In this document: piece by piece, positions 8,801 to 14,459 of the stretch
Numbering within the stretch: position 1 is the stretch's first letter
How the letters are laid out: each line of letters opens with the position of its first letter
Assembly (NCBI GenBank): GCA_964507075.1
Contig: CAZDOL010000009.1
Location: forward strand, 1-26,681
DNA: 26,681 nt
Direction of reading: 5' to 3'
Source of the DNA: an uncultured Gammaproteobacteria bacterium
GTDB taxonomy: Bacteria > Patescibacteriota > Patescibacteriia > UBA2591 > UBA6264
Made by a program: the position numbers and the translations under genes
The notes under the pieces: model-generated
Databases searched by the model: none
Told to the model about the DNA's origin: nothing
What the model saw: the letters and a program-made list of their open reading frames with translations, nothing else

Positions 8801-8940
8801 AACATTTTATTTGTCCTCAGTGCAATGCTCGTGCTGAAGTTTATTCTCGCATTGTCGGTTATTTAAGGCCGGTCCAACAATGGCATAAAGGAAAGCAAGA
8901 AGAATATTCAGAAAGAAAGAATTTTAAGCCGTCCTTATGA
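5890..8940 (+). CDS. nrdD: Anaerobic (class III) ribonucleoside-triphosphate reductase NrdD, interrupted in frame by a 321-aa intein
   Basis: N-terminal ATP-cone. Thiyl-radical loop SMCCRLRI. C-terminal zinc site CPNHGY...CPQCN. Glycyl-radical motif RIVGYLRPV. The extein is about 695 aa once the intein is removed. Confidence 0.92.
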   Translation: MRNISKIRKRNGKVVNFNKIKITEAIYKAIFAVKGEDGKDSKKLTEKVVKIVANRFPDKVPGVEDIQDIVEQVLIHADLADVARAYILYREKRREAREIIGEEDKSVDMVNKYLAEADWEIKENANMTFSLQGLNNYISGLASKKYWLNKIYPKEIREAIHSGSFHIHDLSCLGTYCMGWDLHGLLLKGFTGVFGKISSKPAKHFRPALGQVVNFFYTLQGEAAGAEAFSSFDTYLAPFIAYDKLNYKEVKQAIQEFLFNCNVPTRVGFQCVSKDTEILTKNGWAKYNQVKKNDIIATFNIENGCIEYLPVNNIFQKNYKGKMYNLKNRISDQLISPKHRVVRKKFGSNSYILEKIEDVLKLKSPFIVPVGSNGNIKEKSIDKNIIKLIAWVVSEGTLDKGERGSGRISIYQSRIKNRKNYQEILSICHGLNLKYTERSQLGLGQECMVIRFDANGTRKILKYFGSDKEKGVKFIPQSIINCGRESAKLFLETYIKGDGYNGCKIMTTSAQIRDSLLHVIVNAGFGATVSVRHPDNALSKKDRYIIRMIQHKDTYIDTVEEIEYSGIIWCPNTSNETVIAKRNGKIFITGNTPFSNITLDLRVPKNMAKLPVIIGGKAQDRTYGEFQKEMNMLNKAFYEIIMEGDADQRVFTFPIPTINITKDFDWDNPAYKPMWEATAKYGINYFSNFINSDLDPEDIRSMCCRLRIDNKELHHRGGGLFGSAPLTGSTGVVTINLPQIGYLSKTKKEFWERLGHLMDLAKESLEIKRKVLEGFMDKGLYPYSKFYLSEIKKLRKSYLANHFSTIGLVGLNEALLNFMGEDIVSEKGRKFALKILDFMRDCLLEYQKETNQIYNLEATPAEGTSYRLAKMDKEKYPDIITAGTSAPYYTNSSQLPVDYQGGLLEALKLQDEFQIKYTGGTVFHAFLGEKISDVSVVKSLIKKVFTKFHLPYFSFTPTFSICPNHGYLSGEHFICPQCNARAEVYSRIVGYLRPVQQWHKGKQEEYSERKNFKPSL
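6700..7662 (+). mobile_element. Intein with a double-motif LAGLIDADG homing endonuclease domain inside NrdD
   Basis: Starts at Cys (CVSKDTEILTKNG, block A). Block B-like motif SPKH. LAGLIDADG-like motifs LIAWVVSEGTL and LFLETYIKGDGY. Ends ...KIFITGN, followed by the +1 nucleophile Thr (TPFSNITLD). The flanking extein sequence reads VPTRVGFQ|TPFSNITLD. Confidence 0.85.
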
Positions 8941-9638
8941 TTTTTTATGGTTGGCAAAAAGAATCATTGATTGAGTGGCCAAGCAAGATTTGTTCAGTTG
9001 TTTTCGTGGGAGGATGTAATTTTCGTTGTCCTTTTTGTCATAATCCAGATTTGATTCCTGCTTCTCCGCAATTGCCCAAAATTGACGAAAAAGAAATTCT
9101 AGATTATTGCTTAAAGAATAAAGATCTACTTGACGGCTTAATGCTCACGGGGGGCGAGCCATTAGTTAGCAAAAAAGAAGATTTAGTAAATTTTATTCAA
9201 AAAGTTAGGAAAATAGGATTGCTATTAGGAATAGAAACCAATGGATCTAACCCTGACATGATTACTTATTTATTAGAAAAAAAATTGGTCGATTATATAG
9301 CTATGGATATTAAGGCTCCTTTGGACGTTAAGAGATATAGTGAGGTTAGTGGTGTTAAAATTAACTTGAGTAATATTCAAAAAAGTATTAAGATTATTAT
9401 GGGTTCCAAAATTGATTATGAATTTCGCACTACGGTTATTCCATGTTTTTTGAACGATGATGATATTTTAAAAATTACTAATCAAATTAAAGGAGCTTTA
9501 AAATATTGTTTACAACAGTTTAGATCAGAAAATACATTTGATTCGAAATTGAAAAAAATAAAACCATATTCGCAACAATGGTTTAAAGGCGTCTCCAAAA
9601 AGATTGATAATAAATTAAATATAGAAATTCGTTATTAA
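8937..9638 (+). CDS. nrdG: Anaerobic ribonucleotide reductase activating protein (radical SAM)
   Basis: CNFRCPFCHN is the CxxxCxxC radical-SAM cluster motif. GGEPL motif present. Its start overlaps the nrdD stop (ATGA), and it lies immediately downstream of nrdD. Confidence 0.85.
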   Translation: MIFYGWQKESLIEWPSKICSVVFVGGCNFRCPFCHNPDLIPASPQLPKIDEKEILDYCLKNKDLLDGLMLTGGEPLVSKKEDLVNFIQKVRKIGLLLGIETNGSNPDMITYLLEKKLVDYIAMDIKAPLDVKRYSEVSGVKINLSNIQKSIKIIMGSKIDYEFRTTVIPCFLNDDDILKITNQIKGALKYCLQQFRSENTFDSKLKKIKPYSQQWFKGVSKKIDNKLNIEIRY

Positions 9639-9667
9639 TACATATCTTAAATATTTAATATATTTTT

Positions 9668-11080
9668 ATGTTTTTCAAAAAAATATTTTCTCCATCAAAA
9701 CCTGATTTTCTTAAAAAAGAGAAAGAGGAAGAGGAAGGAAAGGTGATTTGGACAGAGAAAAAACCAGCGCCCAAAAAGAAAAAACCAGGCACTTTTTTTA
9801 CCCTTCGTTTCAAATTAAGGCCTATTATGGGTGTAATGTTAGTTAGTATGATTATTGGCGCGATAGCTGGCGGTTTTGCCGGATATTATGCTGGTAGTTA
9901 TTTTCTGACGGATTTTATTTCTACTTCTTCTATTATTGCCCCACAGGTAATCAGGCATAGTGATAATAATTTATTACCTACTTCAAACCAAGATGCGACT
10001 ATAGCCGTAGAACAGGCAAGTCCATCTGTAGTGAGCATTATAGTTACCAAAGAGATTACTACTTATTACGGCAATCCACAATCCTCATTTGATGATTTTT
10101 TTAAAAATTGGTCTTTTGGTTTTGATGATTTTTTTTATGGCCCACGAATACCAGAAAATTGGGGACCAAATCCACCACAGGAAGAGAAAAAGGAGACACG
10201 ACAAATAGGCGGCGGTACTGGTTTTATTATTTCAAGTGAAGATGGTTTAATCTTGACCAATAAACATGTAGTTTCAGACACAGAAGCAGAATATACTGTT
10301 ATTACAAACGATGGCGAGAAATATGAAGCAGAGGTTTTGGCGCGAGACCCATTTAATGATATTGCGATTTTGAAAGTTCAAGCATCTGATTTATCAGAGA
10401 TTAAATTAGGAGATTCAGATACACTAAAGATTGGACAAACAGTGATAGCTATCGGAAATGCTTTGGGAGAATATCGTAATACAGTTACTAAAGGCGTTAT
10501 TAGTGGTATTAGCAGGCGAGTAATCGCTGGTGATGCTTATGGTTCATCAGAGGTTTTAGAAAATGTAATTCAAACTGACGCAGCTATTAACTTTGGTAAT
10601 TCTGGTGGTCCTTTAATTAATTTGCAAGGAGAAGTAATTGGCATTAACACAGCCATTAATATAGAAGGACAATTAATAGGATTTGCTATTCCAGTTAATC
10701 AAGCTAAGCAAGTTATTGAAAGCGTTAAAGAATATGGTTATATTATTAGACCATACATAGGGGTAAGGTATACATTGATTAATAAGGATATTATTGAGAA
10801 AAATAATTTAGAAGTTAATTACGGAGCTTTAATTGTTCGCGGACCCGAAGAATCTGATTTAGCTGTTATTCCGGGTTCTCCAGCTAATAAAGCAGGTTTA
10901 GCAGAAAATGATATTATTTTGGAGGTTAATGGAGAGAAAATTAACGAAGAATATTCTTTATCTAGGGCTATTCAAAAACATCAACCCGGAGATGAAATAG
11001 AATTAAAAGTTTATCATCAAGGCGAAGAAAAAATAATTAAAGTAATCTTAGAAGAATACAACAAACCAACAGAAGAATAA
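9668..11080 (+). CDS. htrA: HtrA/DegP-family trypsin-like serine protease with a C-terminal PDZ domain, N-terminally membrane anchored
   Basis: Catalytic triad contexts TNKHV, DIAILK and GNSGGPL. PDZ-like segment GSPANKAGLAENDIILEVNG. N-terminal TM helix MGVMLVSMIIGAIAGGFAG. Confidence 0.88.
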   Translation: MFFKKIFSPSKPDFLKKEKEEEEGKVIWTEKKPAPKKKKPGTFFTLRFKLRPIMGVMLVSMIIGAIAGGFAGYYAGSYFLTDFISTSSIIAPQVIRHSDNNLLPTSNQDATIAVEQASPSVVSIIVTKEITTYYGNPQSSFDDFFKNWSFGFDDFFYGPRIPENWGPNPPQEEKKETRQIGGGTGFIISSEDGLILTNKHVVSDTEAEYTVITNDGEKYEAEVLARDPFNDIAILKVQASDLSEIKLGDSDTLKIGQTVIAIGNALGEYRNTVTKGVISGISRRVIAGDAYGSSEVLENVIQTDAAINFGNSGGPLINLQGEVIGINTAINIEGQLIGFAIPVNQAKQVIESVKEYGYIIRPYIGVRYTLINKDIIEKNNLEVNYGALIVRGPEESDLAVIPGSPANKAGLAENDIILEVNGEKINEEYSLSRAIQKHQPGDEIELKVYHQGEEKIIKVILEEYNKPTEE

Positions 11081-11115
11081 TAATAAATATTTAATAAATA
11101 ACTATATATATCACA

Positions 11116-11142
11116 ACACTACAGGGTCTGACCTTGTAGTGT
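11116..11142 (+). terminator. Hairpin of shared 3' module, copy 1 (after htrA)
   Basis: ACACTACAGGGT-CTG-ACCTTGTAGTGT forms a 12-nt-arm hairpin. It is part of a roughly 75-nt module that begins at the last codons and stop (..GAAGAATAA..ATATATATCACAACACT..). The downstream T tract is weak (ATTT). Confidence 0.55.
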
Positions 11143-11144
11143 AT

Positions 11145-11173
11145 TTGACAAAAGCTCTCTTTTTTGCTAATAT
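11145..11173 (+). promoter_or_regulatory. Sigma70-type promoter for the 261-aa gene
   Basis: TTGACA (11145-11150), a 17-nt spacer, then TGC-TAATAT (extended -10, 11165-11173). Confidence 0.55.
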
Positions 11174-11231
11174 CATTAATACTAAGTAATTAAATAACCA
11201 AACAATCTAATTTATTTTAATTATTAAATTT

Positions 11232-12017
11232 ATGATAAGTGAAAAAGATTTTCAACCTCCTGTTGATCCGACGAACACTGAGTCAAAAGAGGACAAAAAA
11301 GAAGAAATAATAGAATCAACAGAAGAAGATGTAATGCCGAACCAGGAAGTAGATTCGCAAGAAGAAAAAGAGAATAAAGGTACAGAAGAAGAAAGAAAAG
11401 TTAAGCTTTCGGAGAGATTTAATGCGATTCAGGACATTATGGATTATAAAAGAATCAAAGAAGGAATGATGTCTGAAAGAGAAAAAAAATATTTTAGTGG
11501 TGCACACAATAGCGTTGATGTTTTTTCCAAATTAGAAGATTATATCCGTGATTGTTTAGAAAAGAATGCGCCTGCTGATGAGATAGAAAAAAATGTGGAT
11601 ATTCTTGAATATAGCGCAGGTGAGTTATTAAAAGATAACCCTAATAGAGAAGAATCAGATAGACGCCTCGCTCAGTTTATTAAAGATAGAATAGATCATT
11701 TTGTAGCTACATTTAATCAACGTATAGAGGTAATAGAAAAATCAGGCATATGCGACTTACAAGAAGAAGCAATTAAAATCGCGAAAGAAAAAATTGATCT
11801 ACTTTTAAAAGATGCAGAAGAAATCATAAAGCAAGGCGTAGAAGATAGAGCAGAGGGGAAGAAATTAAACACAGGAGACGCAAAATTATTGATGAAAGTA
11901 GCCAATGAAATGGAGCATGCTATTCCTGGCGTGGAAGCGAGCCACGAAGCTGCTTTGCTTTTTAGAGCTGATGATTTTAAAGAAGAGAAGCCAGAAGAGA
12001 AGCCAGAAAAAGAATAA
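11232..12017 (+). CDS. Hypothetical acidic E/K-rich protein (261 aa), probably largely helical or coiled; function unknown
   Basis: Long ORF with its own promoter and terminator modules. No motif that I recognise. Its N-terminus MISEKDFQ parallels MIKENDQEFQ of the next unknown gene. Confidence 0.65.
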   Translation: MISEKDFQPPVDPTNTESKEDKKEEIIESTEEDVMPNQEVDSQEEKENKGTEEERKVKLSERFNAIQDIMDYKRIKEGMMSEREKKYFSGAHNSVDVFSKLEDYIRDCLEKNAPADEIEKNVDILEYSAGELLKDNPNREESDRRLAQFIKDRIDHFVATFNQRIEVIEKSGICDLQEEAIKIAKEKIDLLLKDAEEIIKQGVEDRAEGKKLNTGDAKLLMKVANEMEHAIPGVEASHEAALLFRADDFKEEKPEEKPEKE

Positions 12018-12046
12018 AGATTTAAGAAATAATCATATATATCACA

Positions 12047-12073
12047 ACACTACAGGGTCCGACCCTGTAGTGT
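12047..12073 (+). terminator. Hairpin of shared 3' module, copy 2 (after the 261-aa gene)
   Basis: ACACTACAGGGTC-C-GACCCTGTAGTGT has perfect 13-nt arms and is followed by TTTTTGTAT. Confidence 0.7.
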
Positions 12074-12158
12074 TTTTGTATATAGATTGTTTGTGGGGTT
12101 TTTAATATTCTAATATTTTGATATAATATTATATATGGAAATTACAGAGTCTAAATAA
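12074..12158 (+). repeat. Duplicated copy of the prfB promoter and first codons (truncated remnant encoding MEITESK*)
   Basis: TTTTGTATATAG..TTGTGGGGTTTTT..TG-A-TATAAT..ATATATGGAAATTACAGAG matches 13246-13385 (TTTTTTTGTATTATAG..TTGTAGGGTTTTA..TG-G-TATAAT..ATATATGGAAATGACAGAA). ATG at 12135, stop at 12156-12158. Confidence 0.75.
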
Positions 12159-12215
12159 AGTAGCAGAATTGAGAGTCTCAGTCTTAGCTTGGGAGCCAAG
12201 TTCCTCAACCTTTAT

Positions 12216-12244
12216 TTAACAAAATATATATTTTTTGCTAAAAT
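12216..12244 (+). promoter_or_regulatory. Sigma70-type promoter for the repeat-protein gene (homologous to the one at 11145-11173)
   Basis: TTAACA (12216-12221), a 17-nt spacer, then TGC-TAAAAT (12236-12244). The surrounding TTTTTTGCTAA..CTAA.TAATT..AAATTTATGAT sequence is shared with the upstream region of the 261-aa gene. Confidence 0.5.
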
Positions 12245-12285
12245 TATTGAACTAAATAATTTAATTTGTTCTAATTTTAAAATTT

Positions 12286-13170
12286 ATGATTAAAGAAAAT
12301 GATCAAGAATTTCAAGAAAAAGCTCTTGATTATATCCAAACTCTTTTATATCAAGGTGCAAACAAGGATTTAGTTGCCGAGAATTTAGCTGGGTTAGATT
12401 CAGACAGAGCATGGAAAATGCGAGAAGATTTTTTGGCCCAGGGCGTAGATAAGCGTTGGATTATTTCTGGTTTAGCTGGGTTAAATTCAGACAGAGCATG
12501 GAAAATGCGAGAAGAGCTTTTGTTTCAAGGCGTAAACAAGGATTTAGTTGCTCTGAGTTTAAGTGGTTTAGATTCAGATAGAGCATGGGATATGCGACAA
12601 GATCTTTTGTCTCAAGGCATACACAAGCCTGATATTGTTAGAGGTTTAGTTGGTTTAGATTCAGATAGAGCATGGAAAATGCGAGAAGAATTTTTTTCTA
12701 AGGGCACAGTCAAAGAATCAGTTCCCTTAAGTTTAATTGGTTTAGATTCAGATAGAGCATGGGATATGCGAAAGAGGATTTTGTCTAAAATCTATACTAA
12801 TTTATCTACTCAAGAATTATATCAGAATTGGGTTGCTCAGAGTTTAACTGGTTTAGATTCAGATAGAGCATGGAAAATGCGAGAAAATCTTTTGCTTCGA
12901 AAGGGAACAAGGAATTCAATTACTCAGAGTTTAGCTGGGTTAGATTCAGATAGAGCATGGGACATGAGAGAAAGAATGTTATCTTATGGCGTAAATAACA
13001 ATTGGATTGTTAAAAGTTTAGCTGGGTTAGATTCAGATAGAGCATGGGACATGAGAGAAAATTTTTTGTCTCAAGGCGCAGACGAGGGCCGTGTTGCTCA
13101 AGGAGTTTATGGTGATTATACAATGGTAGGTGTCAGAAAAGCAAGAAGAGATAAAGCAGAACAAGAATAA
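12286..13170 (+). CDS. Hypothetical tandem-repeat protein: eight copies of a 29-residue unit with core GLDSDRAW(K/D)MRE; predicted alpha-solenoid; function unknown
   Basis: Protein-level repeats such as LAGLDSDRAWKMREDFLAQGVDKRWIISG. The fifth unit is 37 aa. Alternating conserved hydrophobic and charged positions suggest a helical hairpin repeat. Confidence 0.75.
   Translation: MIKENDQEFQEKALDYIQTLLYQGANKDLVAENLAGLDSDRAWKMREDFLAQGVDKRWIISGLAGLNSDRAWKMREELLFQGVNKDLVALSLSGLDSDRAWDMRQDLLSQGIHKPDIVRGLVGLDSDRAWKMREEFFSKGTVKESVPLSLIGLDSDRAWDMRKRILSKIYTNLSTQELYQNWVAQSLTGLDSDRAWKMRENLLLRKGTRNSITQSLAGLDSDRAWDMRERMLSYGVNNNWIVKSLAGLDSDRAWDMRENFLSQGADEGRVAQGVYGDYTMVGVRKARRDKAEQE
12388..13107 (+). repeat. 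Intragenic 87-nt tandem repeat array (8 units; unit 5 is 111 nt)
   Basis: Units start at 12388, 12475, 12562, 12649, 12736, 12847, 12934 and 13021. The core GG(G/T)TTAGATTCAGA(C/T)AGAGCATGGGA/AAA.ATG is almost invariant at the nucleotide level. Confidence 0.9.
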
Positions 13171-13195
13171 ATATTTCAAAAATAATTATATACAT

Positions 13196-13250
13196 CTCAA
13201 CACTCCAGAGCTGTACCCCGTTCTACGGGGTCTGACCTTGTAGTGTTTTT
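13196..13250 (+). terminator. Shared 3' module, copy 3 (after the repeat-protein gene), with an internal insertion
   Basis: Sequence is CTCAACACT-CCAGAGCTGTACCCCGTT-CTACGGGGTCTGACCTTGTAGTGT followed by TTTTTTT. It carries about 18 extra nt relative to copies 1 and 2. A CCCCG-TTCTA-CGGGG hairpin lies at 13216-13230. Confidence 0.6.
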
Positions 13251-13293
13251 TTGTATTATAGTTAATCTGTAGACGTTGGGCAAAAACATTAGT

Positions 13294-13325
13294 AAGGTTT
13301 GGAAGCTGAGCTTCCAAACTTTTAT
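13294..13325 (+). terminator. Rho-independent terminator-like hairpin upstream of the prfB promoter
   Basis: AAGGTTTGGAAGCT-G-AGCTTCCAAACTTTT: long perfect arms followed by a T run. It belongs to the same hairpin family as 17754-17785. Confidence 0.65.
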
Positions 13326-13327
13326 GT

Positions 13328-13356
13328 TTGTAGGGTTTTATATATTTTGGTATAAT
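13328..13356 (+). promoter_or_regulatory. prfB promoter (extended -10)
   Basis: TTGTAG (13328-13333), a 17-nt spacer, then TGG-TATAAT (13348-13356). The prfB ATG follows only 10 nt after the -10 element. Confidence 0.55.
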
Positions 13357-13365
13357 ACTATATAT

Positions 13366-14454
13366 ATGGAAATGACAGAATTAATTTCAGAATTAAATAA
13401 TTTTGAGCAACGGATGATCAAGATGCGGGATTTTTTTGATATTGATCTTATAAAACAAAAAATTCAGGAATTAGAAAAAGAAATGGCTAAACCAAATTTT
13501 TGGGGCAACCAAAAACAAGCCAGCAATAAGTCAAAAGAATTAGCAGATTTTAAAAATACATTAGATAAATGGCAAGATTTGCAAACTTCCATAAAGGATT
13601 GTTTAGAAATAGCCATTTTAGACAAAGACGACCAGACAGTAACTCTGAGAAAAGATATTGAGCAAGAATTTAATAAAATTAGAAAAGAATTAATTGATAT
13701 GGAGAAGGCAACTTTTTTGTCTGGCAAATATGACAAAAAAGATGCGCTTTTTTCTATTTTTGCAGGGGCTGGCGGAGTAGATGCTCAAGATTGGACAGAA
13801 ATGCTTTTGAGGATGTATTTGAGATTTGCTGAAAAAAAAGCATGGACAACTCATATTATTGAGCAATCGCGGGGCACAGAAGCAGGTATTAAAAGTGTTA
13901 CAATAGAAATAGAAGGTGAGTTTGCTTACGGTTTTTTAAAAGAAGAAGCAGGGGTTCATCGTTTGGTAAGAATTTCTCCTTTTGATGCCGAAAAAATGAG
14001 ACATACTTCTTTTGCTATGGTTAGCGTCTTGCCAGAAATGAATGAAGTTGAGATTGAAATTGATCCTGACGATTTAAGAATTGATACCTTTTTGTCCTCT
14101 GGTCACGGAGGGCAAAATGTTCAAAAGAATGAAACAGCAGTTCGGATTGTTCATATTCCCACTAAACTGACAGTTAGTTGTCAATCTGAGAGGTCGCAAA
14201 ATCAGAATAAAGAAAGAGCATTGAAAATTTTAAAATCAAAGCTCTATCATTATGCTCAAGCTGAACTAGAAGAAGAGAAACAAAGTTTGCGCGGAGAATT
14301 TAAGTCAGCTTCTTGGGGAAATCAAATTCGTTCTTATGTTCTGCATCCCTACAAGATGGTTAAAGATTTAAGAACAGGATATGAAACAAACGATCCAGAA
14401 AAAATTTTGGACGGAGACTTGGAAGAAATAATAGAAAGCTCACTTAAAAAATAA
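13366..14454 (+). CDS. prfB: Peptide chain release factor 2, encoded in a single frame with no programmed +1 frameshift
   Basis: SPF tripeptide (RISPFDA) and GGQ motif (SGHGGQNV). I place the start at ATG 13366 (MEMTELISELNN). The TTG at 13276 given in the ORF track would read through a terminator hairpin and the promoter. Confidence 0.9.
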   Translation: MEMTELISELNNFEQRMIKMRDFFDIDLIKQKIQELEKEMAKPNFWGNQKQASNKSKELADFKNTLDKWQDLQTSIKDCLEIAILDKDDQTVTLRKDIEQEFNKIRKELIDMEKATFLSGKYDKKDALFSIFAGAGGVDAQDWTEMLLRMYLRFAEKKAWTTHIIEQSRGTEAGIKSVTIEIEGEFAYGFLKEEAGVHRLVRISPFDAEKMRHTSFAMVSVLPEMNEVEIEIDPDDLRIDTFLSSGHGGQNVQKNETAVRIVHIPTKLTVSCQSERSQNQNKERALKILKSKLYHYAQAELEEEKQSLRGEFKSASWGNQIRSYVLHPYKMVKDLRTGYETNDPEKILDGDLEEIIESSLKK

Positions 14455-14459
14455 GTATT

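Noticed and set aside
8938-8940. Possibility of UGA recoding (genetic code 25 or 4), as seen in some reduced-genome lineages
   Set aside because: TGA terminates nrdD, rpsC and rpmC at the positions expected from homology, and RF2, which reads UGA, is present and intact. The standard bacterial code fits.
11905-12105. 66-aa ORF overlapping the end of the 261-aa gene and the terminator module
   Set aside because: It is in an alternative frame of a longer ORF and runs through the terminator hairpin. It has no supporting features.
13276-13365. The TTG start at 13276 given by the ORF track for prfB
   Set aside because: The 30 extra codons would be translated through a terminator hairpin (13294-13325) and the TGGTATAAT promoter. 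RF2 homology begins at MEMTEL (ATG 13366).
13425-13443. The expected programmed +1 frameshift site of prfB (CUU UGA C type)
   Set aside because: The region reads CGG GAT TTT TTT GAT ATT in frame with no stop, so RF2 is encoded contiguously. Frameshift-free prfB genes are known in a sizeable minority of bacteria, so this is not anomalous.
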